A DNA stretch of 64,000 bases from Octopus sinensis (GCF_006345805.1 NC_042998.1:187488001-187552000), one strand, 5' to 3'; shown: positions 36,343-49,600, counted from the first letter of the stretch. A program made the numbers and translations. The notes: generated by a model from the letters alone, not told the origin.

Positions 36343-36660
36343 CATCATCATCGTTTAATGTCTATTTTCCATGCTGTCATGAATTGGATGGATTGACTGG
36401 AGACTGGCGAGCCAGGAGGCCACACCAGGCTCCTATCTGATCTGGCAATGTTTCTACAGCTGGATGCCCTTCCTAACGCCAACCACTCCAAGAGTGTAGT
36501 GGGTGCTTTTTATGTGCCATCGGCACAGGGGCCAGTCAGGCGACACTAGCATTGGCCACGTTCAGATGGTGCCTTTTACATGCCACCGGCACAGAAGCCA
36601 GTCAGGGGTCTGGCATTGACCACATTCAGATGGTGCTTTTTATGTGCCACTGGTATGGGG
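36340..36660 (-). mobile_element. RTE 3' tail fragment
   Basis: (CAT)n plus the conserved RTE UTR block, reversed. Confidence 0.8.
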
Positions 36661-37870
36661 AGCCAGTCAGGTGGGGGTTCACCAAGGGTCAGCCCTCTCT
36701 TATTCCTCATAGTTCTCCAGGCAATAACAGAGGAATTCAAGACAGGCTGCCCCTGGGAGCTCCTCTCTGCTGATGACCTTGCTCTCGTACAGGAATCACT
36801 ACCAGAACTAGAGAAGAGATTTCAGGTGTCGAAGTAAGGGCCTTAGAGTCAATGTCACAAAAACCAAAGTCCTAGTAAGTAGAAAGGCGAACTCATCACA
36901 CACACCCTCTGTAGAAAAGGTATAGGTAGAAACTCCATAAAATGTACCCAGTGTAAGCTATGGACACATAAGAGGTGCAGCAGGATCAAAGGAAGGTTAA
37001 CCGGAAAGATAGCTTTTATGTGCAGCAGATGCACAGGAGCAATAAACACCGCAGATGTTCAGAAAACTGATTCCATCACATGCCAGGGGAAGAAACTAGA
37101 AGTAGTTGATAGCTTCTGCTACCTAGGTGACCACTTCTGTAGTTGGGGTGGATGCTCAGAGAGTGTTGCCACTAGAATAAGAATAGCCTGGGCAAAGTTC
37201 AGAAAGCTCCTATCTCTACTGGAGACAAAGGTCCTCTCATTCAAAGTGATAGGTAGATTGTACGATGCATATATATGAACTGCCATGCTACACGGCAGTG
37301 AAACATGAGCCGTGACTGCTGAAGATATGCGTAGGCTTGAAAGAAATTAAGCTAGTATGATCCGCTGGATGTTTAATGTCAGTGTGCACATATGACAGAG
37401 TGTAAGTGCCCTGAGAGAAATGTTAGACATAAGAAGCATCAGATGTGGTGTGCAAGAGAGATGACTGCATTGATATGGTCATGTGCTACATATGGATGAG
37501 GAGAGCTGTGTGAAGAAGTGTCACTCCCGGATAGTGGAAGGAACCCATGGAAGAGGGAGACCCAGGAAGGCATGGAATGAGGTGGTGAAGCATGACCTTC
37601 AAACGTTGGGCTTCTCAGAGGCAATGACGAAAGACTGAAACCTCTGGAGATAGGCTGTGATTGAGAAGACCTGGCAAGGAAAGTGAGATCACAGCCATAG
37701 CCTACACTAGTGTCGCATAACCAGCCTATTTAAAAAGTATCTTTGAATTGTCAGGCAACATCCTATGCTTGAGGAGACCTATTGAGTCAAGTAAATCAAA
37801 TCACAATCAAATGGAAATTGTAGTTGTGACCATTACCAGCGCTGGTGATATGTAATAAGCAGCATTCAGT
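36660..37870 (+). mobile_element. 5'-truncated RTE LINE fossil
   Basis: QGSALSLI...WELLSADDL...; LEVVDSFCYLGD...RIRIAWAKFRKL; multiple stops. Confidence 0.9.
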
Positions 37871-37904
37871 CATGCATGATATATATATGTATATATATAA
37901 TAAT

Positions 37905-38160
37905 AAATATTAGGGAATAAATCCAAATTTACAGGGAAAAAATCAGATTTAGGATTAAATCCAATTTTATAGTAAAATATTATATAATATTAATTCGAGA
38001 CAAAACCACTATTTTGCAAAACAAACAAGGAAAGACTTAATCAATACATAAAAACTTTAATATAAATTAAATAAACCGCCACTACAATTGTTTCATGTCT
38101 TCAAATGACATTCGTCAGGTGGATTTCCGATCTTCTAATCAGTTTTAATTTATATTATAT
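37905..38160 (-). mobile_element. Penelope-like terminal repeat carrying an HHR
   Basis: Contains the HHR at 38080-38123; its distal end resembles 56300-56470 in opposite orientation. Confidence 0.65.
38080..38123 (-). ncRNA. Minimal type I hammerhead ribozyme
   Basis: Minus strand: CCAC-CUGACGA-AUGUC-auuugaa-GACAU-GAAA-CAAUUG-UA/GUGG. All core nucleotides present; helix III carries a palindrome. Confidence 0.85.
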
Positions 38161-38728
38161 ATATACAATATTAATATTTGTATATATATTTATACATATA
38201 TTGTTAAACAAGATTCAGGTTAAAATTTTGTAGTATGCTCTGCAAAGCTCATTCACAGGACCTGAAGAGGTACATTTTATACCTTGGATGAATGATAATG
38301 ATGACACAAGATCTCAGCAATATACTACAAGTGTTCGAATGTGTCGAAACGTTTGTAGTGATTTTGAATGAAAAATGTCATTGATTCCATTTTCTATCAT
38401 TTATCTATTATGTGTGTGTGTTTATGATTGTATGAATATATATGTGTGTGTTTATGATTGTATGAATATGTGTGTGTGTGTTTTACTGTCATCATACTTT
38501 CGCATTGTATGATTGTTCTATACAAGTGTCATCATCATCACGCAAGCAGTGTCCTTCATATCCAATCTTATGTGAAAAGATATTTGGGAAAATATTACCT
38601 TACTTGGAAGCATGTGAAGGAAGAGCATCTGCATCTAGCTAATGAAAACTGCCTCAACAAATTTTGCCTGGCCCATGCAAGCATGGAAAAGAGGACATTT
38701 AAATGAAGGTGATGATATTTATGTGTGT

Positions 38729-38766
<38 letters not shown>

Positions 38767-38989
38767 GTGTGTGTGTGTGTTGTTGTATGTTATTATGTAT
38801 GCATGCATGTAATTATGTATGTATGTAGAGCCAGTTTCTAACCCAGATTCAAGGCTCCTTCACTGGAATTTCAACATCAACAACAGATTATTTTTGTTGG
38901 TATGTATGTGTGTATGTGTATGTGCAGATTTGTATGTTTTGCTTCATGTATGTATTCTCATGCATATAGTTGCATATCTAGACATGCTC

Positions 38990-39850
38990 ATACATATTTA
39001 AATGATAAACTTCAGGAAAGTTTCACAGATTTTTACAGTTCCATGATGAGTTGGATCTGTAGTCTTCAAATTAGCTTTCTCCTTTCTGATTTTGAGAAGC
39101 CTAATTTCTCAAGATTGGTATTTAGGCAGTGTGTTACACATCCCAGGGCCTCAATAATTACAGGTACAAACCTGAACTTGTTATGCGGATAGAGTAACTG
39201 CAGATTTTTCAATAGTTCAGTGTAGGTGTTCTCTTTTTCACTGATCTTCAGCTTTATGTTAACATCCACTGGGTAGCTAATTCCCACATCTGTGCACAGT
39301 TTCTCTTCTCTATCCCAATTCATATCAGGTCTGTTGTGTTTACATTTTATTGAGGTCTTCACTGGGACATTCCACCAGTACTCCTTTTTATTATGAGTGG
39401 CTATGTCTTCTACCATACTGTGGCTTCTTATTTCTTTGTCCTCGGGATTATCCTTCCGATGGATTTCATTATAGAATGTCCCAGCTACAACATCATGTCT
39501 CATCGGTAGATAATACTGTGATGACATTTTTGGATAAGTGCTTATGATATGGGTGATATCTTCAGTGTTAACTCTACAAGTCTGCATCGGTTGTCACGTT
39601 TTACTGCTTTTCCTGCATCTCTATCCCTTTTGTGCATCAGGTAACTTGATTGATATTTCCTGTTCCTGGATTGCAAACACATACCTTTCAATGGTCCTGG
39701 AGGAAGCAGTTTAGACATTCTATATATATATATATCTTATACATTAAATTCTGGCATGCAATTGGCCAGTATTTTTTTGCCATGTGGGTTGTTCTGCCAG
39801 AGCTAACTATTGGTCTTAATGAGAGCTTGCTGGTACAGACTGATAAGATA
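38990..39850 (-). mobile_element. RLE-type non-LTR retrotransposon (R4/NeSL-like) C-terminal fossil
   Basis: ORF 39066-39587: decayed CCHC (TCRVNTEDITHIIS...RHDVV), then NRPDMNWD...SYPVD.NI...EKENTY of the PD-(D/E)xK restriction-like endonuclease. Confidence 0.8.
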
Positions 39851-39867
39851 TGGTCAGTAGAAGGTTA

Positions 39868-40080
39868 GCATGTATGTATGTATGTATGTATGTATGTATG
39901 TATGTATGTATGCATGTATGCATGTATGTATGTATGTATGTATGTATGTATGTATGCATGTATGTATGTATGTCTGCATGTATGTATGTATGTATGTAAG
40001 TATGTACGTACGTACGTATGCATGTATATATGTATGTATGTATGCATGTATGTATGTATGTATGTATGTATGTATGTATC
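39868..40080. repeat. (TATG)n microsatellite
   Basis: Seen directly. Confidence 0.95.
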
Positions 40081-40454
40081 TAAGTAATTATGTAGGTATG
40101 TACACACAACACACACACACACACACACATATGCAACATGGGAGAAACAAATATTTGTATCTTTTATACAGATGTATTTCCATATATTCTCTCACATGAA
40201 ATAACCTGTGTCTAGAACTTTACACAATCATCTGAGGTAAACACACATAATATAATACACATTTATAAAAACCTCACACTATAATGATACTGAGCAAAAG
40301 CAGAAATCATTCTACTTTCATGACACTATATTTAATGCATTTTTGAGGTTGTTGAACAGCACATCATTTAACATTGACATGTGTTAATATGTATATTGAT
40401 GTTGAAAAGAAGAGGAAATTATATTTGTCATATAATTAAAATATTAGCCATTTA

Positions 40455-40760
40455 CTGATTTATACTCTCTCTTTACTCTTTACTCTTTTACTCCTTTACT
40501 TGTTTCAGTCATTTGACTGCGGCCATGCTGGAGCACCGCCTTTAGTCAACTAAATTGACTCCAGAGCTTATTCTTTGTAAGCCTAGTACTTATTCTATAG
40601 GTCTCTTTTGCTGAACCATTAAGTTACAGGAACAATAACACACCAGCATTGGTTGTCAAGCAAAGCTGGGGGGACAAACACAGACACACAAACATATACA
40701 CACATACATATATATATGTATATATATATATACGATGGGCTTCTTTCAGTTTCCTGTCTA
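40455..40760 (-). mobile_element. SINE family A, truncated
   Basis: Family A 3' module and part of the head module. Confidence 0.8.
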
Positions 40761-40761
40761 C

Positions 40762-41690
40762 TTTGTAAACATGTCCACGGGTGTTAGACAGGTGGAGTTT
40801 GAAAAGGTGCTCAGAGTTAGGAGTTGGGAGGCTTAAAATATGATAGAGGGTCAGGCATAGATGTCTTGATATAGAAGAGATACATGGCCACCCAGGATTA
40901 TATAAGAGTGGGTTGGAGTGAAGGCAATGAGGATGGTGATGAAATGTCAGAGATAGATGAAAGTAAGTATAGGAAAAAATACTGGCAAAGAATTGGGAAG
41001 TATTGGTGGATAAGTTCACAAGACTGTGCGGAGAGTCACTGATGTTTAAAGATGGATGTAAAAATGAATGTAGTGAATGGAATGCGAGAGAAAGTGTGGT
41101 AGATGGTAAATGTCAGTATGGCAGGAAGTGGGGAGTGAAACAATAAGAGTGACTCAGAAAAAAAGAAGTGATAAGTGGTTGTACAGCAAAGGAGGAGAAC
41201 TGTAGTGTAGTAAACCTGTAGATAGATCAGGAAATATGTAGAGGATGCGTAGGGTGAAACGTTTGATGGCTGTGAGAGAGATGTACAGTAACAGAGAATG
41301 ACGTTAGAGGTAAATAGTGGTGGCTACAGTGAGTGACAAACAAGGAGGAGAAGAGGCCATCAACACAGATATGCCTGTGTGATGAGAATGATAGCAGATA
41401 ATAGAGGGTATTAAAGATAAGGAAATAGCAGTCCTAAGATGTATCTTAGAGAGGCACAGAAAGGGGTGATTAGTAGAAAATAAAATGGGAATGGATTATA
41501 TTGAGATAGGGGGTAGATTTTAGAAAGAAGTTAGTCCCAGGAAAGGGGAATAACTGGTAGTACAAAGGGGGACAAAATATGTGCATATTCAGTAGTCATA
41601 TGATTACAGCAGCTGAATAGTACTGCAATTAGAAGAATGGATAGATGGGTGTTAGGAAGATGACAGGTGGGGAAGGCTGGATAAGGACAG
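40762..41690 (-). mobile_element. Degenerate CR1-like LINE ORF2 3' region
   Basis: ...LFKLHLSNTRGHVYK motif; purine-rich decayed ORF upstream. Confidence 0.55.
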
Positions 41691-42929
41691 GTTGGGTGCA
41701 GGTTCAAGGCCCAGTGAAATTATAGACAACAGTTATTTCCCCAAAAATGATTTTTGGAAGCATGGGTTAGATTTAATTTTAAATATGTACATAAGTGGAT
41801 TGGCAAAATCATTAGAGTGTCAGACTAAGTATACTTTGCTATTTCTTCTGGATCTTTATGTTCTGAGTTCAAATCTTGCCAAGGTGACAAGTTCATCTTT
41901 CATCCTATCAAGGATGATAAAATAAAGTAACAGTCGAGTACTGAGGTAGATGATAATAATAATAATGAAGTTATTGTATACAGTGCTCAGGTGCATCACA
42001 ACTTGTCAGAAAGTGCATATAAAGTACATGCAGTAATGTAGAAATATCTGGAAAGTGAACATGCTTGTGTGTGTATGGAGGGGAGAAAATCAAGTGTAGT
42101 GTTGGCGAATCTCAGGAAGCATGGAAGTCTTGAAGGATGCAGTGCTCCGACAACTAACAAACACCCACTCCTTGGAATTGCTGGCCTTGTGCCTAAATCA
42201 GAAGCAACCGTTTTAAATATGTACTAAATAGTCTCTAACTTTTTATCTTAGGACCCATTTTTAGATTATTCTAGACATTACCATTTGCTAAGATCCCTGA
42301 ATTTGTTTTCAGGGGCCTATTTTCATTTCTTTTTCCTATTTGCTGTTGTCATTTTCAATTAGAAGGCAAATTCATAATTTCAATACAAGGTTCATTCACT
42401 TATAGTTTCTTTGTTTAATCATTAGGCTTAGTTTGGTTATTTAATTAATTACCTTATATTCTCTTAATTCTTGAAGCATTTGGCATGTTCTAAAAGAATT
42501 GATCAAAATTATTTTGGATTTTACAAGAATATATGCTGTTGGAACTTTTCTAAGTTCTATGTTCACCCAGAATATTTATAAATATTAAATGAGAAATCAT
42601 CCAATAGGGAATGAATAGGAAAGTATCATTCATTAAAAAACGACTGAATCTATAATCTACTTCTCATTGTTGAAATGTGTTATTTATGAACTTGACATTT
42701 TCAGCATTAGAATTATAGTTAACTAGCTGAATAGCCCATCGTTGCCGGGCAATTTTTACCATAAAATATCTTATATAAATTTTTGTTTATTCCATGTCAG
42801 ACAGATAGGCCTTCTCCAACAGATAGGCCTCTTAATTAGGACAAATTTGTCCAATTTTTCACAAAAAATGTGTCACCTAAGTCATCTGAGCATTTTATAC
42901 AATAATTTTATTATTATACATTATTATAT

Positions 42930-43315
42930 ACTCTTTTTTTTTTTTACTCTTTTTACTTGTTTCAGTCATTTGACTGCGGCCATGCTGGAGCACCGCCTTT
43001 AGTCGAGCAAATCGACCCCGGGACTTATTCTTTTTTGTAAGCCCAGTACTTATTCTATCGGTCTCTTTTGTCGAACCGCTAAGTGACGGTGACGTAAACA
43101 CACCAGCATCGGTTGTCAAGCGATGCTAGGGGGGAACAAACACAGGGGAACACACAGGCTTCTTTCAGTTTCCGTCTACCAAATCCACTCACAAGGCATT
43201 GGTCGGCCCGAGGCTATAGCAGAAGACACTTGCCCAAGATGCCACGCAGTGGGACTGAACCCGGAACCATGTGGTTGGTTAGCAAGCTACTTACCAAACA
43301 GCCACTCCTGCGCCT
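42930..43315 (-). mobile_element. SINE family A, copy lacking the internal microsatellite
   Basis: Both modules joined directly near 43150. Confidence 0.9.
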
Positions 43316-43329
43316 ATATATATATATAT

Positions 43330-43905
43330 ATCATCATCATCATCATCATCATCATCGTTTAACGTCTGCTTTCCATGCTAGCATGGGTTGGACGGTTTGA
43401 CTGAGGGCTGGCAAACCAGATGGCTGCACCAGGCTCCAATCTTGTTTCTACAGCTGGATACCCTTCCTAACACCAACCCTTCCGAGAGTGTAGTGGGTGC
43501 TTTTACATGCCACCGGCATGGGGGCCAGTCAGGCGATACTGGCAACGACCTCACTCGAATTTTTTTTTTTTTTTACACATGCCAATGGCACAGGTGCCAG
43601 TAAGGCGATGCTGGTAACAATCCCGCTCGAATGGTGCCTCCTACATGCTACTGGCACAGAAGCCAGTTAGCTGTTCTGGTAACGATCACACTCAGATGGT
43701 GATCTTAGTACCCTACTAGCACGGGGCACAAGTGCCAGTAAGGCAAAGCTGGTAACGATCAAACTCGATTGGTGCCTTTTATGTACCACTGGGATGGAAG
43801 CCAGTTAGCCGCTCTTTCAATGATCACGCTCGTATGGTGCTCGTGCCCATCATCGAATTTCACTTTGATTTTGATTTTGATTTCACTTGCCTCAACAGGT
43901 CTTTG

Positions 43906-43910
<5 letters not shown>
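43330..43910 (-). mobile_element. RTE 3' UTR with tandem ~50-bp modules
   Basis: Reverse homologue of 8990-9455. Confidence 0.8.
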
Positions 43911-43963
<53 letters not shown>

Positions 43964-44079
43964 CCAGCATGGCTGTGTGGTAAGAAGCTTACTTCCCAAC
44001 TACACACACCTTAATTTAAATTACGCTCCAGCTGTAAAAATCTTGCCAAAACAGTCACAGAAGTCTGGTGCAAGAGAAA

Positions 44080-44600
44080 ACTTTTAAGAGAGGAGGCATT
44101 GGCGGAGGTGATGATGAAAAGGTTATAGTGAGACAGATACAGGTGTCTTGCTGTGGAGGAAGTACAAGGTTACCTGGCCAGAGAGAGAAAGATCAGGAAT
44201 GAAGACAGAAACAGATGAGCTACCACAAAGAAAATACATGGTTGCACAACCTGAGGGAAGTACAGAAGAAAGAGAGAGTGGGAGACTGCAGGATGGAGAT
44301 GGTGGCAAAATGCCAGGCATACTCACAAGGAATGGAGATCAGAGTATAAATGAGATGGCTGAGTAAAGGAAGAGAGAGATATAGATGGTGGCAAGTATCA
44401 AGGCATACCCTTGAGGTTCTGCCATAATATAAGTGACAGGATATTGTGAAGGAAGTGTGATTAAAGAGTGAGAGTAAGTGGCAAAAGACCTGGGTATATA
44501 TAGAGTTGGAGGGGCTACCAGATAGCAATGATACAAAGGAACAGAGATGTGAGGACAGGATTGGGGAGTGAGGGCTATGCAAGGGGTGAGAGCTAGGCAT
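44080..44600 (-). mobile_element. Possible Penelope GIY-YIG endonuclease relic
   Basis: FTISCHLYYGRTSR resembles the PLE C.SC...YIG.TGR motif; heavily decayed. Confidence 0.35.
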
Positions 44601-44609
44601 AGTGAATCA

Positions 44610-44825
44610 TTATCATCATCATCATCTTCGTTTAGCGTCCGCTTTCCATGCTAGCATGGGTTGGACGGTTCAACTGGGGTCTGGGATGCCAGGAGGCTGC
44701 ACCAGGCCCAGTCTGATCTGGCAATGTTTCTACAGCTGGATGCCCTTCCTAATGCCAACCACTCCGTGAATGTAGTGGGTGCTTTTTACGTGCCACGGGC
44801 ACAGGTGCCAGGCAAGGCTGGCAAT
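44610..44825 (-). mobile_element. RTE 3' tail fragment
   Basis: Conserved UTR block plus (CAT)n. Confidence 0.8.
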
Positions 44826-45326
44826 GAGGCTGACTGAATGAAGAAGGAAATACAAGAAGGAGAAGAGATGTAGATTGGTTTGTTGGGGTAAGGTGAGGGA
44901 AAAGTTTTCTTGTTACGTGTCCGTGTCACTGGAACATCCAGATTGGGGGCTAGCAGATGACATTAATAGAGTGAGACAAGGCATGTGGGTAGAACGCACA
45001 GGTTGGGGGCAAGCAGGGAGCAATGATACAGTGGCACCGGGTCAAGAGGACAAGATTGGGGAGTGGGAGATAATCATAGTACATGAAGCAGAAATGTGAA
45101 GAAGAAAAGGGATGTAGAGACATAGTTTAGTTCATTGTGGTATCGTGTGTGTGCGAGAAGTTTTCTTGTTAAGTGTGGGTGGAACATATCATTTCCTTGT
45201 TGTTAGTCAATTATTTAAATTTCTAATGAACTAAGTAATTTATCATATGTATGCATGTATACAAACATGTATGTGTCAGTGTGGGTGGGGGGGTAAATAT
45301 ATATGTGTATATATATATGTAAATGT

Positions 45327-45637
45327 GGAGGCGCAATGGCCCAGTGGTTAGGGCAGCAGACTCGTGGTCATAGGATCACGGTTTTGATTCCCAGACTGGG
45401 CATTGTGAGTGTTCATTGAGCGAAAACACTTAAAGCTCCACGAGGCTCCAGCAGGGGGTGGTGGTGATCCCTGCTGTACTCTTTCGCCACAACTTTCTCT
45501 CACTCTTTCTTCTGTTGGCCTGCTCGCTTAGCCAGCAGGGGTGGCGTCATTTGAAGGCTAAAACAATGTGAAGCACATTGTGACCCGAGAGTTGTATCAA
45601 CATCTGATAGCCTGGTCGGTCACAGTGATCACGATGA
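45327..45637 (+). mobile_element. tRNA-derived SINE family D with variant 3' half
   Basis: Head nearly identical to 24500; diverges after CTCTCACTCTT. Confidence 0.8.
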
Positions 45638-45942
45638 TATATATATGTAAGTATGTTCCCTGTCAACTGTTGAATCTGCCTTACTGATCTCTCACCTTAC
45701 GTTCACCCCAACTCACTTTGTATCCTTACACACATCCCATCCATGATTTCCATCCCTTCACCAGTCATACCTTCTTTCATCTTATCTGTTATACTTGCCC
45801 TGTTCTGCTACCAACCAGCACACTCTCCCCTGGGTTACTTCTGTTGCCATCCAACACTTCTTCTAGATGTACACGTCTAAGGTGCACTGTAATCTTTCTG
45901 TCTCTCAATGTTCCTATTGCATCCACTCACTACTCCCCCTCC

Positions 45943-46009
<67 letters not shown>

Positions 46010-46014
<5 letters not shown>

Positions 46015-46243
46015 TTCTTTATTGCCCACAAGAGGCTAAACACACAGGGCACAAACAAGGACAGACAAACGGATTAAGTCAATTACATCGACCCCAGTGC
46101 ATAACTGGCACTTAATTTATCAACCCCGAAAGGATGAAAGGCAAAGTCGACCTCGGCAGAATTTGAACTCAGAACGTAACGGCAGACGAAATACAGCTAC
46201 GCATTTCGCCCAGCGTGCTAACGATTCTGCCAACTCACCACCT
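46010..46243 (-). mobile_element. SINE family B
   Basis: Reverse complement of the family B pattern. Confidence 0.9.
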
Positions 46244-46717
46244 TATCTCTCTCTCTCTCTCTCACTCTCTCTCTCTTTCACTGTCATCTCCTCACAGCCT
46301 CCCTTTTTTTGCTGGTCACACTCTGCTCTTCTGCTTACTTCAACCTCTATCATGCACTCCAGCCTCTCATTTCCTTGATGCACCCACTTACTGCACATCC
46401 ACTGCTCCACCACTCACTACCTCATTTTCTCTCACTGCTCTTTCCTCACAGCTTCTCTACCTTTTCAAACCCCTTTCATTCTTCCTCTGCTCCTTTGGGC
46501 TACCCACCAAATCTCTACATCTTTCTTGCCTTCAATTACTCTCTCACCATCCAAGTCTATTATTCCATCCCTGTCTCCTTTCCCTACACATCTTTATAAT
46601 ACACGATAACCAGGACTGGTTTTAAACCAATTAGACAGATTTGTTCAAACTGGGCCCCACACTAAGAGTGGACCCTGCGCACATGCTCAGGCAGTGGATG
46701 GTATGATGAATTTTAAG

Positions 46718-46947
46718 GCGGCGAGCTGGCAGAAACGTTAGCATGCCGGGCGAAATGTGTAGCCGTATTTCGTCTGCCATTATGTTCTGAGTTCAAGTTC
46801 CGCCGAAGCCGACTTTGCCTTTCATCCTTTCAGGGTCGATAAATTAAGTACCAGTTACGCACTGGGGTCGATGTAATCGACTTAATCCATTTGTCTGTCC
46901 TTGTTTGTCCTCTCTGTGTTTAGCCCCTTGTGGGTAGTAAAGAAATA
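46718..46947 (+). mobile_element. SINE family B with 18-bp TSD
   Basis: GGTATGATGAATTTTAAG at 46700-46717 and 46948-46965. Confidence 0.92.
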
Positions 46948-48179
46948 GGTATGATGAATTTTAAGTATATCATTGTGATTAATGACAGAACCTCAAGCCC
47001 TCAACACTTATTAGCTGGGACTAGCATACTACACAAAGCATAAAACATCAATCTTCAGCTTCTGTAAAGCAGAAGGCCTCACTGACAATTCTCTAATTGG
47101 GTCCTGCCGTTCCTAGTGCCAGCCCTGAGGATAGCCCTAGGCACCTCTGCACAACCCACCTTATCACTTTTTTACTTCACTCACTTCAACCCCTTTTCCC
47201 CAATAACCTCTGACACTAACCCCTTCCTTTTCCCCTTGCTCTCTGCTTTATTCCCATCCCCTATCAGTGTGTACTCTGGTATTCTGTTCTTCTGTCTGCC
47301 ACCATCATATCACAACTCTGAATCAGTTCCTTTATCTTGCTTTACCCTCACTTATCACCCCACCTAACATCATTGCACCTTCTCTCTTCTATTCTTCCTC
47401 AGTTTAAGGGAACACTTTAGGCCCTTAGTTTTGCAATCTTCACTAGTGCTAGTGCCACAAAAATATGCATCCAGTAAACTCAGTAAAATTGTTGGCGTTA
47501 GGAAGGGATCCTGTTGAACCATCCAGCCTGTGCCAGCATGGAAGACAAACATTAAATGATGGTGACGAAAGGAGGAGGAGAAGGAGGGGGAGGAGAAAGA
47601 GGACAATGGCACTATTCTAACTTCTTAATTAAGTATAGTACTAAAAATAAATGCAACAATTATAAGAATATCTAATAAATGCATGACATTCCAAATGTTG
47701 TGAAGGGTAAGGGGGCATAATTAATTCAGACAACCCCAAAACTTGACAGGCAAATGTTTTTTACTGATCCCAAAAGTGTAACCATGGCAGGAGTTGAATT
47801 CCGAATGTAAAGTGATGTGATTAAATGCCACCAGACAACTTGTCTGCCTTACTACCAAATCTATCAACCAGTTCTTTCTATCAATTCTATTATACCACCA
47901 ACCTCGATAACAGTAATGATTTCTAGCATCAACATAAAAGTATGATTTGTGTGTGTGTATGTGTGTGTTTGTGTAGTGGGGTGTAGCTGATTAGTAGAAC
48001 TTCCAATTTTTTACTTTTTAGTTTATTTTATCAACCCCAGAAGGATGAGAAACAAAGTTGATCTTCACATGATACAGAATCAGAATGTAAAGAAATGCTT
48101 CTAAACACCACAAAGAATTTTGGGTTCCACTCTAGAAATTCTGACATTTCACCACCACCACCTAATAATAATAATAATG

Positions 48180-49240
48180 ATAATAATAATAATTCTTTCT
48201 ATTATAGACACAAGGCTTGAAATTTGTGGGGAGGGAACTAGTCAATTACATTGATCCCCAGTGTCTCACTGGTACTTTATTTTATTAACTCTGAAAGGAT
48301 GAAAAGTGAAGTCGACCCCAGCAGCATGTGAATTCAGAACGTCAATACCACCAAGTATTTTGCCCAGCATGCTAACAATTCTGCCACCTCACTGCCTTTA
48401 ATAATAATAATGATGATGATGATGATGATGATAATAATAATCCTCTCTACAATAGGCACTAAATTTTTGTGGGGAGGGGTCTAGTTGATTATATCAACCC
48501 CAGTGCTCAACTGGTACTTATATCTCAACCTCAAAGGGATAAAAAGGATAGTTGATCCCCAGCAGATTCTGAATTCATAATACAGATGAGACGCTGCTAA
48601 GCATTTTGTCCAGTATGCTTATGATTCTGCCAGCTCACTGCCTTAAAAATTATAATAATAACAAGAACACTCAGAGAGTACAAACATCCGCCAAGGCAAC
48701 ACCAATGTCCTCTCAACGATTAGCCAGAGATGATTTTTAAAATGAGAATATCTGAAATAAACTCGACTGCACTCACAAATGAGAATACTAACAATGACTA
48801 TTCGCAAAAATTAAGTAAAAAACAGGAAAAATAATCCAGGATCTTTAACCAGCACCAGATTGATCCCAAAATCTAATCACTCCGTGCTAGTCACGAGGCC
48901 AAGCATCCTTGAAATTTTCATCTGAATCCCTCCAGCAGTTTTTTGAGATATCTTGTCCACGGACATACAAACATGACTGAAGAGAATACCTCTGCTTTCA
49001 CTAAGGTGGAGGTAATAATAATAATTTCAAATTTCGGCACCAGGCCAGTAGTTTTGGGGGAGGAGTTAAATCAATTGTACTTATTTTTGTACTTATTTTA
49101 TCAATATATTTTATCAATTCCGGAAGGATGAAACGCAAAGTCAAGATTGGCGGAATTTGAACTCAGAACATAAAGATGGTCAAAATACTGCTAAGCATTT
49201 CGTCCAACATGCTAACAATTCTGCCATCTTGCTGTCTTTA
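48180..49240 (-). mobile_element. Cluster of three (AAT)n-tailed family-B-related SINEs
   Basis: Repeated AAGGATGAAA...GTCGACC...GAACTCAGAAC...CTAAGCATTTTG...GCTAACAATTCTGCC blocks at ~48180-48400, 48430-48645 and 49020-49240. Confidence 0.75.
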
Positions 49241-49251
49241 TAACAATAATA

Positions 49252-49283
<32 letters not shown>

Positions 49284-49304
49284 GATAATGAGAATGAGAA
49301 TGAA

Positions 49305-49498
49305 TACCATCCATGTAGGTAATTTTTTTCAGCATAACTTTATTTGATTTTGTAAAGGAACACTCTGTTTTTTTTTGTTTTTTTTTTTTAATTCTAATGG
49401 CCTGTCAATGTATATATGGTGAGTTTCTTGATGTAAGTGTCAGTAAAACACTTGGCAAGAAATGGAGACAAAATTGAAAGAAGAAACTAATAATGATG

Positions 49499-49557
<59 letters not shown>

Positions 49558-49600
49558 TTCTTTATTAACCACAAGGGTTTACATGAAGAAAATAATAATA

